DNA of 64,000 nt from an uncultured Alphaproteobacteria bacterium (GCA_963821505.1 CAWGEH010000010.1:70496-134495); one strand, 5' to 3'; numbered from the stretch's first letter, positions 29,306-38,344 are shown. The notes: generated by a model not told the origin, from the sequence alone. Numbers and translations: made by a program.

Positions 29306-29318
29306 AATCATAGAGTTG

Positions 29319-29394
29319 CTGGTGGTCCTTCAATTCCGAAGTTCGCATCGTAACGTGCCGCGCGCGCTGGCGAACTTCGGAATCGGACCACTAG
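29319..29394. repeat. 76-bp imperfect palindrome with IS630-like termini (MITE-like)
   Basis: ctggtggtccttcaattccgaagttcgc ... gcgaacttcggaatcggaccactag. The termini resemble the IS630 ends in this window (ctagtggtct ... gatccactag). The right-end 10-mer ccactagctg is identical to that at 56585-56594 region. Confidence 0.7.
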
Positions 29395-29454
29395 CTGAGG
29401 GACGGCGAAGGGAGGCGTCGCGCAAGCGGCGATGCCGGAAGGGCCGACACCGCG

Positions 29455-30255
29455 ATGAACGCTCCATCCAGCCCCGCGCCCGTGCTGCAGGTGCAAGGGG
29501 TAACCTTGCAATACCGGACCGAGAAGCATCTCGTCACCGCCACCTATCGCGTCAGCTTCGACGTTCACGGTGCGGATCGATTTGTCCTGCTCGGACCTTC
29601 CGGATGCGGCAAGTCCACCCTGCTCAAGGCGGTGGGCGGCTACATGGCGCCGACCGAGGGAAGCATGCGGCTCAAGGGGCTGCCGATCCGCGAGCCGGGC
29701 GCCGACCGCGTCTTCGTGTTCCAGGAGTTCGATCAGCTGCTGCCCTGGAAAACGGTCAAGCAGAACGTGATTTTCGCGCTCGAATCCTCGGGCAAGATGC
29801 GCGGCAAGGCCGCCCAGGCTCAGGCGACGCGCTACATCGACAAGGTCAACCTGACCAAGTTCGCGGACTCCTATCCGCACACGCTCTCAGGCGGCATGAA
29901 GCAGCGCGTTGCCATAGCGCGGGCGCTGGCGATGGAGCCGGACGTATTGCTGATGGACGAGCCGTTCGCGGCGCTCGATGCGCTGACGCGGCGCAGGATG
30001 CAGGACGAGCTGCTGCAATTGTGGGCCGATACGCGCTTCACGATGCTGTTCGTGACGCACTCGATTCCGGAGGCCGTGCTGATCGGCAACCGCATCCTGC
30101 TGCTCTCGCCGCACCCGGGCCAGGTCAAGGGCGAGCTCAACAGCGACGGCAGCGATCCGACCGACCCGGCGAGCGGGCGCAAGCTGTCCGACCGCATTCA
30201 CGAGATGCTGTTTGCCGACCGCATCGAGGAGCAGGAGGTCGTCCGCCATGGTTGA
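29455..30255 (+). CDS. ABC transporter ATP-binding protein (sulfonate/nitrate/taurine class)
   Basis: Walker A GPSGCGKST, signature LSGGMKQR, Walker B LLMDEPF. Confidence 0.9.
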   Translation: MNAPSSPAPVLQVQGVTLQYRTEKHLVTATYRVSFDVHGADRFVLLGPSGCGKSTLLKAVGGYMAPTEGSMRLKGLPIREPGADRVFVFQEFDQLLPWKTVKQNVIFALESSGKMRGKAAQAQATRYIDKVNLTKFADSYPHTLSGGMKQRVAIARALAMEPDVLLMDEPFAALDALTRRRMQDELLQLWADTRFTMLFVTHSIPEAVLIGNRILLLSPHPGQVKGELNSDGSDPTDPASGRKLSDRIHEMLFADRIEEQEVVRHG

Positions 30256-31147
30256 CAGCCCCACGACCGCGACGCGGCGTTTCGCGGTGCCGCCGCCGCG
30301 GCCGGAATATCTGCGCGACGTCGTCGCCAGCGGCGACATCGGCGTGGTGCAGAAGCCGCTGACGCTCTGGCAGCGACTGGTGAATCAGGCCTGGCTGAGA
30401 AAGGCGTTCATTCTCGTGGTCATCGCCGTCGCCTGGCAGCTCTACGCCCGCGCGCTCAACAACCCGCTGCTGGTGCCGACGTTCACGGCCACGATCGAAG
30501 CGTTTCAGACCAGCATGATGAACGGCGATCTCCCGCAGAAGGTGGCGAACTCGGTGCTGCTGCTGCTGAAGGGCTACGCCATCGGGCTGGCCTTGGCCAT
30601 GGTTTTAACCGCGCTGGCCATGATGTCCCGGCTCGGCAACGATCTCTTGGAAACCTTGACGTCGGCGTTCAACCCATTGCCCGCCATCGCGTTGCTGCCG
30701 CTCGCCCTGATCTGGTTCGGGCTGGGCGATATCTCCATCATCTTCGTGCTGGTGCACTCGGTGCTGTGGGCGGTCGCGCTCAACACCCATTCGGGGTTCA
30801 GATCGGTTTCGAACACGCTGCGCATGGTCGGGCGCAACTATGGCCTCAAAGGCCCGCGCTACATCGCGAAGATCCTGATCCCGGCCGCATTCCCCTCGAT
30901 TCTCACGGGGCTCAAGATCGGCTGGGCCTTTGCCTGGCGCACGTTGATCGCGGCGGAACTGGTGTTCGGGGTCTCGTCCGGCAAGGGCGGGCTCGGCTGG
31001 TACATCTATGAGAACAAGAACATGCTCGACATTCCCGCGGTCTTCGCGGGCCTGCTTACCGTGATCCTGATCGGACTGATCGTGGAAAATTTCATTTTCC
31101 GCAACATCGAGGCCGTGACCGTGCGCCGCTGGGGCATGCAGTCCTAG
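30248..31147 (+). CDS. ABC transporter permease (TauC/SsuC-like)
   Basis: About 6 TM helices and an EAA-like loop. ATG 30248 overlaps the ATPase stop (ATGGTTGA). Track ORF 30212..31147. Confidence 0.85.
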   Translation: MVDSPTTATRRFAVPPPRPEYLRDVVASGDIGVVQKPLTLWQRLVNQAWLRKAFILVVIAVAWQLYARALNNPLLVPTFTATIEAFQTSMMNGDLPQKVANSVLLLLKGYAIGLALAMVLTALAMMSRLGNDLLETLTSAFNPLPAIALLPLALIWFGLGDISIIFVLVHSVLWAVALNTHSGFRSVSNTLRMVGRNYGLKGPRYIAKILIPAAFPSILTGLKIGWAFAWRTLIAAELVFGVSSGKGGLGWYIYENKNMLDIPAVFAGLLTVILIGLIVENFIFRNIEAVTVRRWGMQS

Positions 31148-31250
31148 CGCATGTTCCGGAAAAGTGGGAACCGGTTTTCCGAACAGAACATGCGCAAAAT
31201 CGAAGAATCTAGAGCGCATCACGATTCGATCCAATCGGGATGCGCTCTAG
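31144..31250 (-). repeat. 106-bp CTAG-bounded dispersed repeat, copy B (inverted relative to copy A)
   Basis: It begins at the CTAG containing the permease TAG stop codon. See copy A. Confidence 0.8.
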
Positions 31251-31376
31251 TCACCAGCGTGCTTCTCATAGGGTCGTGAAGTCGGTCGCGGACCTGCCGC
31301 CGGCGCCTGTATCTTTCCGATGTTACAGCCGGCATAATCCCAATCTCGTCAGCACCCGGTCGATGAGCATCAGAGG

Positions 31377-32421
31377 GTGAACACCATGCGCTTCATGGAA
31401 TTTGGAACTCTTGCGCGGGCGGTCGGTGTCGCCGGCGCGTTCATCGTATCGCTGGTACTATCGCTCAATGCCGTGCAGGCCGCTGACGACAAGGCTTACG
31501 TGATGAAGATTACGCTTCCAGCACTGAATGACCCGAGTCACCTATTCGCCAAAAATTACGCCGCTGCACTCGAGCGGGATTCAGGCGGCCGCATCAAGGT
31601 GGAGATCTATCCGGCGAGCCAACTGGGTTCGATCCCGCGCCAGATCGAAGGCACGCAATTCGGCGCGATCCAATGTGCGATAATGCCGCCGGAGTTTTTC
31701 GTTGGCGTAGACGAGCGCTTCGAAGTGCTACCTGCGCCCGGCCTTGTTAGCTCCATGGAGCATGGACAGCGCCTTGCCGCCGATCCGGCAGTGCAGAAGC
31801 TGGTACTCGGCCTAGGCGCGGACAAGGGGCTACATGGCGTCGCGCTCTTCATGAACGCGCCGTCCTCGGTGATCGCAAAAAAGCCGATCCGCCACCTCGC
31901 TGACTTCAAGGGGAAGAAGATCCGCATCTTTGCCTCGCAGTTCCAATTTGCGTCGTTCGAGCGGCTCGGAGCGACGCCGGTGGCGATGACCCTGGGCGAT
32001 GTCATGGTGGCGATCCAGCAGGGTACCATCGACGGTGCAGTCGGCGGCATTGTCGTCTTCACGCCGATGCACTTTCAGGACGCGGCAAGATACGTGACCG
32101 AGACCGGCCAACCCGCCGTCTTCGTTGTCGTCGAGATCAGCAAGAAGTGGTACGAAATCACTACCGAGCGATCTTCGACTGATCGTCGACCGCGATGCCG
32201 CCGCGGAGTCGGTGGCGATCAATTCCAAGTCGATCGATATCGTCAACAAGGCGCGGAAAGGCTGGACCGATAGTGGCGGCGAATTGATCAGCCTGCCGCC
32301 CGATGAGCAATCGACGCTGCTCAAAACTCTGGCGAGCGTCGGCGAAGACGTCTCGAAGGCGAAGCCGAAACTCAGCGCTGCTTATCACGTGCTGACCGAG
32401 GCGGCGCAGCGAACACGATAG
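31377..32421 (+). pseudogene. TRAP-type (DctP-family) substrate-binding protein, frameshifted
   Basis: Track ORFs 31377..32273 and 32125..32421 together give a full-length DctP-like protein (…EISKKWYE / SLPSDLRLIVDRDAAAES…). The frames switch at the A-run 32154-32157. No DctQM genes are adjacent. Confidence 0.7.
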
Positions 32422-32524
32422 GCATCGGAGACAGCCGAAGCGATTTCGCGTCCCGGATGGCCAGGCCGCAAGCCTCGGAAAGTTGGGCCAGACCTGCAAT
32501 TCCAGAGTTTGAATCCTATGCGGC

Positions 32525-32567
32525 GTCATTCCGGGGCGAGGCCGAGGGCCGAGCGCCCGGGAATGAC
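32525..32567. repeat. 43-bp REP-like hairpin
   Basis: gtcattccggggcg ... cgcccgggaatgac is an almost perfect inverted repeat. I recall this motif type as a common intergenic repeat in Bradyrhizobium and Rhodopseudomonas. Confidence 0.6.
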
Positions 32568-32813
32568 CGGTTGATTCGAAGTTGCATCACGGATGAGAGC
32601 GGTTTCATGGAAGCGATGCGCCAGACCTGGTCGCGCACGCCTTCGACCGGCTGACCGCTCCGCCGCGAAAGATCGGCTCCGCGCACCGTCACCGGTCTCC
32701 GAGATGCGCCCGGCGACCGACTCGATCGCGTCATTTCGCGTGAATGTGCGAACTATCTCGCCGACGCCGGATGTGTTCCACTCGTTCGGGATTCGCCCCG
32801 AGCCCGGATCGCC

Positions 32814-34055
32814 ATGCCCGCCGCCGACGCTTCGTCCACGCGCCTGACGCGCCACCGCTCGTTCGTGCTGTTCTGGTGCGCGCGGACTTTCACCAACGGC
32901 GCCTTCATGATGCAGGGCGTGGCGGTCGGCTGGCAGATCTACGAGCTCACCAACGATCCGTTCGACCTCGGCCTGGTCGGGCTCGTGCAGTTCGTGCCGT
33001 TGGTGACCTTGTCGGTGGTCATCGGCCAGGTCGCGGACCTGTTCGATCGCCGGGTCGTCGCCGCCACCTGTCAGGTCGCCAAAGCGCTGGCGGCGCTCGC
33101 GCTGGCGGTCGGCACCGCGCGCGGCTCGCTCAACCGCGACGTGATGCTGGCCATTCTGTTCGTGTCCGGCACGGCGCGCGCCTTCGAGATGCCGACCATC
33201 CATGCGCTGGTGCCGGGGATCGTGCCGATGACGCTCCTGCCGCGCGCCATCGCCGCCTCCGCGACCGCGCAGCAGACCGCCGTCATCTGCGGACCGTCGA
33301 TCGGCGGGCTGTTGTACACGCTCAGCCCCACCGCGGTGTACGCGACCTGCACCGCGGTCTTCATCGCGGCCAGCGTGTTGATCAGCCTGGTCCACATCAC
33401 GCCGCGCAGCGAAGAGCGCAAGCCGATCAGCATGCAGACGCTGTTCGCCGGATTCAGCTACATCCGCACGCGTCCGATCCTGCTGGGCGCCATCTCGCTC
33501 GACCTCTTCGCCGTCCTGCTCGGCGGGGTGACGGCGCTGTTGCCGATCTATGCCCGCGACATCCTGCAGGCCGGGCCGTGGGCGCTCGGCCTGCTGCGCT
33601 CGGCGCCGGCGGTCGGGGCGCTGACGATATCGGTCGTGCTGACGCGCCGCGCGATCTCCGGCAGCGCCGGACGCATCATGTTCGCCGCGGTCGGAATGTT
33701 CGGGGCGGCGAGCCTGCTGTTCGGGCTGTCGACCTCGGTCGTGCTGTCGTTCCTCGCGCTCGTGATCTACGGTGCGTCCGACGCGGTCAGCGTGGTCATC
33801 CGTCAATCGCTGGTGCAGCTGCGCACCCCCTATGACATGCTCGGCCGGGTGATGGCGGTCAATTCCATGTTCACCGGCTCCTCGGGCTCGCTCGGCGAAT
33901 TTCGCGCCGGCACGGTCGCCGCCTGGCTCGGCGCGGTCCCGTCCGCGTTGTTCGGCGGCCTCGGCGCGATCGCGGTGATGCTGATCTGGATGTGGGCGTT
34001 CCCGCAACTGCGCGGCGTCGACAAATTGACGCCCGAACCGGGGTCCGCGCCGTGA
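32814..34055 (+). CDS. MFS transporter (EntS/MFS_3-like)
   Basis: 413 aa with about 12 TM helices. The N-terminal block FRSFVLFWCARTFTNGAFMMQGVAVGWQIYELT is typical of this subfamily. Confidence 0.85.
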   Translation: MPAADASSTRLTRHRSFVLFWCARTFTNGAFMMQGVAVGWQIYELTNDPFDLGLVGLVQFVPLVTLSVVIGQVADLFDRRVVAATCQVAKALAALALAVGTARGSLNRDVMLAILFVSGTARAFEMPTIHALVPGIVPMTLLPRAIAASATAQQTAVICGPSIGGLLYTLSPTAVYATCTAVFIAASVLISLVHITPRSEERKPISMQTLFAGFSYIRTRPILLGAISLDLFAVLLGGVTALLPIYARDILQAGPWALGLLRSAPAVGALTISVVLTRRAISGSAGRIMFAAVGMFGAASLLFGLSTSVVLSFLALVIYGASDAVSVVIRQSLVQLRTPYDMLGRVMAVNSMFTGSSGSLGEFRAGTVAAWLGAVPSALFGGLGAIAVMLIWMWAFPQLRGVDKLTPEPGSAP

Positions 34056-34735
34056 GTGCCGAGAGCGAACCCGGTTCGAACCAAACCAAGTCGAACCAAA
34101 CCAAGTCGAAAGCAGCCAGTTCGAACGAATCCGGCTCGGACGATCAGGCTCGACGATCGGATCGCGACGAGGATCCGGGCTATAGCTACAAGCCCTCGCT
34201 CATGGGCGCGGCCTGGGAGTTCCGCCTGCGGCCGGACGCGCTCGAATGGTGGGCGGGCCGGCATCACGGCCGCATCGCCTATAGCGGCATCATCCGCGTC
34301 CGGCTGTCGTTTCGCCCGGTAACCATGCAGTCGCGGCGCTTCGTCACCGAGATTTGGGGACCCGGCAGTCCACGGCTTTCGATCGCCTCGACGTCGTGGC
34401 GCTCGCTGGTGGAGCAGGCGACGCAAGATGAGGCCTATGGCGCATTCGTCCGCGAGCTCAACCGGCGCATCGCCGCCGCCGGCGCCGCCGCTTCGTTCGA
34501 GACCGGTACGCCGGCCATCCTCTATTGGCCGGGGCTTGCCGTGTTCGCGGGCGTCGCACTGGCGCTGGCAGTGCTTACCGTGCAGGCGCTGCGGATCGGC
34601 GCCTATGCGGGCGCTGCTCTCGTCGGCGCATTTTTCGGCGTGTTCGTCTGGCAGAGCGGCAGCTACTTCCAGCGCAACCGGCCTGGCCGCTATCGGCCGC
34701 AGGCGCTGCCCAAGCTTCTGGTGCCGGACGGATAG
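34052..34735 (+). CDS. hypothetical protein with acidic low-complexity N-terminus and C-terminal TM pair
   Basis: The GTG start overlaps the MFS stop (GTGA). A 15-bp tandem duplication at 34076-34105 encodes SNQTK twice. The C-terminal hydrophobic region is ILYWPGLAVFAGVALALAVL...ALVGAFFGVFVW. Confidence 0.5.
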   Translation: MSAESEPGSNQTKSNQTKSKAASSNESGSDDQARRSDRDEDPGYSYKPSLMGAAWEFRLRPDALEWWAGRHHGRIAYSGIIRVRLSFRPVTMQSRRFVTEIWGPGSPRLSIASTSWRSLVEQATQDEAYGAFVRELNRRIAAAGAAASFETGTPAILYWPGLAVFAGVALALAVLTVQALRIGAYAGAALVGAFFGVFVWQSGSYFQRNRPGRYRPQALPKLLVPDG

Positions 34736-34895
34736 GGCGGATGTGCACGAGCGACGCCTCGCGCCCGGGCTTCGGGTCCTTCTGCGCCCGACCCGCAGGA
34801 GCGCAACAGCGCGCCGCATCTCGATCGCGCGCTTAAGCGGCCCCTCGACGGGATGGATCGCGATGGTGAGCGCGGTTGCGGACGCGAACGGCCGC

Positions 34896-35330
34896 TCAGT
34901 TCCGCACCACCAGCACCGAGCAGTTGGCGTAGCGCACCACGTGGCCGGCGTTGGAGCCGAGGAAATAGGTGCGCATGGCGTGGCGGTGCGGCCGGTGCGA
35001 GCTCATGACGATGAGATCGGCCTGGATGGTGTTCGCCTCCTCCAGAATCTCCTGGTAGATGCCGCCCTGGCGCACGGTCGCCGACGCGCGTGCGGCGGGA
35101 AGGCCGGTCTCCCTGACGATGATGGTGAGCGCGTCCTCCGACGCCTTGCGCTGCTGCACCTCGAAATCGGGCGGCACGTATTCGGCGAGCATCACCGGCG
35201 TGAGCGGCAGCACGTTGATGAACCGGATCGTGGCTTCCGATGGGCCAGCCATCATCAAGGCGGTCGCCACCGCGGGCTTGGCAAGTTCCTGATCGGCGAG
35301 GTCGATGGGAACCAGGATTTTCCTGTACAT
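34896..35330 (-). CDS. universal stress protein (UspA family)
   Basis: MYRKILVPIDL N-terminus and GSNAGHVVRYANCSVLVVR C-terminus. ATG 35330 lies within track ORF 34896..35399. Confidence 0.85.
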   Translation of the reverse strand: MYRKILVPIDLADQELAKPAVATALMMAGPSEATIRFINVLPLTPVMLAEYVPPDFEVQQRKASEDALTIIVRETGLPAARASATVRQGGIYQEILEEANTIQADLIVMSSHRPHRHAMRTYFLGSNAGHVVRYANCSVLVVRN

Positions 35331-35466
35331 GGCACCGTCCCTCTCTGGCTTGCCTTTCCGGCATATTGCCACGCTTACGGGCGAAGCGTGAGTGCGCAAG
35401 GCGCCGATACCAGCGGGCGCAATGACGCAGCCGAGCCCACACGCGCTTGTTCGCCGGCGCGAGCGG

Positions 35467-35668
35467 GGGCAGGCGCCCCAAGCGCGCTCTCGCTTGCGCG
35501 AATGGGCCAGGCCCCAAGCGCGCTCTTGCCTGCGCGAATAGGGCAGGCCCCAAGCGCGCTTTCGCTTGCGCGAATGGGGCAGGCCCCAAGCGCGCTCTTG
35601 CCTGCGCGAATAGGGCAGGCCCCAAGCGCGCTTTCGCTTGCGCGAATGGGGCAGGCCCCAAGCGCGCT
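35467..35668. repeat. 36-bp tandem repeat array, about 5.5 units in two alternating variants
   Basis: The unit is gggcaggccccaagcgcgct(ttcgcttgcgcgaatg / cttgcctgcgcgaata). Units start near 35467, 35504, 35541, 35577, 35613 and 35649 (the last partial). Units abut with no spacers. Confidence 0.9.
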
Positions 35669-36194
35669 AGACCCGATCGGCGGCCGCCAGCGAGCGGGGG
35701 CTGACGAAACGCTCGAGCCGTCCGCCGTGCGGGTGCAGTTTGCGCCAGTCTCTCCCGGCGAAGTCGATCACGGCGAGACCGGAGGTCGGCAATCCTTCGT
35801 TGAGGCGTTCGCGGGCCTCGACATCGCCCGAGGCAATCAACAGCCGGGCGACATCGTGCAGCCCGGGATTGTGCCCGACGACCAGCAGCGCGCGCACCGC
35901 CGGCGCGGTCGTCCGCACGAGCGCGAGGATGGCGTCGCTGCGGGCGTCGTAGAGACGATCCTCGTAGGTCACCCGCGGCGTCGCCGCCAGCGCCGCCGCC
36001 ACGCGGTCCCACGTCTCCCGCGTGCGCGCCGCGGTCGAGACCAGGACGAGATTCGGGATGAGGCCATGACGCGCCATGTAAGCGCCGACCACCGGCGCAT
36101 CGTTTCGGCCGCGCGCATTGAGTTGGCGCTCGTGGTCGCGCAGGCCGGGCTCGGCTTTTTCCGATTTGGCGTGGCGAAGCAACATCAGGCGCAT
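35667..36194 (-). CDS. sixA: histidine phosphatase family protein (SixA-like)
   Basis: MRLMLLRHAKS (RHA catalytic motif) and VVGHNPG. The stop codon lies in the last partial unit of the tandem array. Confidence 0.8.
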   Translation of the reverse strand: MRLMLLRHAKSEKAEPGLRDHERQLNARGRNDAPVVGAYMARHGLIPNLVLVSTAARTRETWDRVAAALAATPRVTYEDRLYDARSDAILALVRTTAPAVRALLVVGHNPGLHDVARLLIASGDVEARERLNEGLPTSGLAVIDFAGRDWRKLHPHGGRLERFVSPRSLAAADRV

Positions 36195-36227
36195 GGCGAC
36201 CAGCATCGATTTCAGCGCTTGGCATTT

Positions 36228-36336
36228 TAGAGCGAAATCGCGTCACATTGAACCCGCGATTTCGCTCCAGACACTTGCCCGATCGCACGATCCCATTCGA
36301 AAAGTCTGCACCTTTCCGGGATCATGCTTTAGCATG
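36228..36336. repeat. diverged dispersed-repeat copy (hairpin gagcgaaatcgcg...cgcgatttcgctc)
   Basis: It has the same two-hairpin layout as the 106-bp repeats (tagagcg... stem, then a gaaaag...ctttcc stem) but a diverged sequence. It sits between the sixA-like gene and the integrase. Confidence 0.35.
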
Positions 36337-36530
36337 CCGCAATGGTCATGAGCGCTGCGGGGAAGAAAACGTGAACGCGTCCGAGCGGGCATCCTACGGG
36401 ACACTGCTACCGGCGTCCACGGGCGTCCAAGATACCTCGGTAAAATCAGCATTTGTTGTGCTTGAAGCGTTTTTACACGTCCACAGCCGTCCACTAGTAT
36501 CCAGCCCCCAAAGGTGGGTAGGAGGGCGGG

Positions 36531-37763
36531 ATGGCAATTCTCCACCGACTCGGTCAGACGGATCTCAGACGCACCAAGCCGGGCATGTATGGCGACGGCG
36601 GCGGCCTGTGGCTGCAGATCACCAAGGGCGCCGCCGGTCACGCGAATCGATCTTGGATTTTCCGGTATGGCCGCAACGGCAGACGGCGCGAGATGGGGCT
36701 AGGCCCCACCTACATTGTCGGCCTGAGGGATGCGCGCGAGAAGGCGGCGGCGCTTCGCAAGCTCGTCCACGAAGGCGTCGATCCGATAGATCGCCGGGCA
36801 ACCGAGCGACTGGCCAAGGTAACCGCCGCCGCCAAGACCGTGACCTTTGACGAATGCGCCGCTGCCTACGCCAAGGCGCACGGCCCAAAGTGGACCGCCA
36901 AGCATGCCATGCAATGGGGCGTCTCGCTGGCAAAGCACGCGAGCCAGGTATTCGGCAGCCTGCCCGTGCAGGCGGTAGATACCGCACTGGTTATCAAGGC
37001 GCTGGAAAAGATCTGGCACAGCCGGCCGGAGACGGCGTCGCGCACACGCCAGCGCATCGAGGCGGTGCTCGATTGGGCCACAGTGCGCGGCTATCGCACT
37101 GGCGAAAACCCGGCACGCTGGAACGGCTACTTGCAAAAACTCTTGCCGTCACGACGCGAACTATTGCCGACCGAACATTTCGCGGCGCTGCCCTATCGCA
37201 ACGTGCCCGGCCTGATGGCGACGCTGCGGGAGCACAGCGGAGTCAGGGAGCGGGCGCTCGAATTTCTGATATTGACGGCGGCCCGCAGCGCGGAGGCGCG
37301 CGGGGCGCGGTGGGAGGAATTCGACACCACCGCCAAGATCTGGACCGCCCCCGCGAGCCGCACGAAATCCGGCAAGCCGCATAGGGTGCCGTTATCGCCG
37401 CGAGCGCTTGCCATTATCGAAGAGATGCGACTGGTAAGACGGAACGAGTACGTGTTCCCCGGAACGCACCGTGAATCGCTAACCGAACACCCGATGCGAG
37501 GCTTGCTCAAGCGTTGGGGCTTCACGACCACGGTTCACGGCTTCAGAAGCTCGTTCCGCGATTGGTGCCGCGAGCAGACCGGCTATCCGCGCGAGGCTGC
37601 CGAACAAGCCTTAGCGCACACAGTCGGCGATCAAACAGAAAGAGCGTACGCGCGCGGCGACATGCTTGAGCAACGCCGCCGACTAATGACTGCATGGGCA
37701 GAATATTGCAGCAGGCCTGCCGGCAAGGGGGCAACCGTAACGGCGTTGCAACCCCATGCGTGA
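36531..37763 (+). CDS. int: tyrosine-type site-specific integrase (P4-like, Arm/DUF4102 N-terminal domain)
   Basis: N-terminus LRRTKPGMYGDGGGLWLQI...WIFRY, and a catalytic region with HGFRSSFRDWCRE and ERAYARGD (terminal Tyr). Confidence 0.9.
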   Translation: MAILHRLGQTDLRRTKPGMYGDGGGLWLQITKGAAGHANRSWIFRYGRNGRRREMGLGPTYIVGLRDAREKAAALRKLVHEGVDPIDRRATERLAKVTAAAKTVTFDECAAAYAKAHGPKWTAKHAMQWGVSLAKHASQVFGSLPVQAVDTALVIKALEKIWHSRPETASRTRQRIEAVLDWATVRGYRTGENPARWNGYLQKLLPSRRELLPTEHFAALPYRNVPGLMATLREHSGVRERALEFLILTAARSAEARGARWEEFDTTAKIWTAPASRTKSGKPHRVPLSPRALAIIEEMRLVRRNEYVFPGTHRESLTEHPMRGLLKRWGFTTTVHGFRSSFRDWCREQTGYPREAAEQALAHTVGDQTERAYARGDMLEQRRRLMTAWAEYCSRPAGKGATVTALQPHA

Positions 37764-38256
37764 ATTGAGTTTCCCCCCGTGGTTTCCCGCGTTCATCAAG
37801 GCCGATGCGCATCACCTCCACACGAGGGCAATCGCGACGGGCCCTGCGTGGAAGGTTGCCATGATCGAGCGCCTTGTCGGTGATGACCGAATGAAGCTCG
37901 TTTGGGCCGAGTTATTCCAACGACAAAGAGACGAGAAGTACCAGAAGACAAATCGCTTCGAGCACAGCGCAACTCTTGCCCCCCAGGTAGATTCAGTCAC
38001 GGCCCAGGAAACCGCCCTCCGGTTAATGTTCGTGGAGACGATAATGGCGGCTAATTACACCTTCAAGCTTTCGGATAAATCCGTACGTGACACGGTGTCA
38101 GAGATCGCCGATTGCATGCGCGCGCACTTCGGATCGGTAAAATTAAGTTTGACCGCCATCCTCGCCAGCGTCGCTCTCGAACGCAATATCACCGACTCAA
38201 AGGTCCGCGAGTGGACACGGCCTAAGAGACCTAAGAGAACTCGACCCCTGGGGTAA
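37756..38256 (+). CDS. hypothetical protein, start overlapping integrase stop
   Basis: 166 aa. The ATG overlaps the integrase stop (ATGCGTGA). No family was recognised. Confidence 0.45.
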   Translation: MRELSFPPWFPAFIKADAHHLHTRAIATGPAWKVAMIERLVGDDRMKLVWAELFQRQRDEKYQKTNRFEHSATLAPQVDSVTAQETALRLMFVETIMAANYTFKLSDKSVRDTVSEIADCMRAHFGSVKLSLTAILASVALERNITDSKVREWTRPKRPKRTRPLG

Positions 38257-38344
38257 GTCGCGCCTTTTGGCCGAAAAACCCCATATATCAAAAACCTTCA
38301 CGGCCGGTGTAGCGATTCTCCCGTGGATACACGGAGAGAGTCGC

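Noticed and set aside
32526-34007. 493-aa ORF on the minus strand
   Set aside because: It is antisense to the 12-TM MFS transporter. It is extremely Arg/Asp/Gly-rich.
35467-35668. Possible CRISPR array
   Set aside because: The repeats abut directly with no unique spacers, only 5.5 units are present, and there are no cas genes. It is classified as a tandem repeat.
34428-36288. 600-aa plus-strand and 532-aa minus-strand ORFs
   Set aside because: They run across the Usp gene, the tandem array and the SixA-like gene. The translated repeats (ARMGQAPSALLPARIG...) come from the DNA array, not from a protein.
36207-36530. Expected tRNA/tmRNA attachment site next to the integrase
   Set aside because: I found no GTTCRANYC T-loop or cloverleaf on either strand by eye. 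This needs tRNAscan to be certain.
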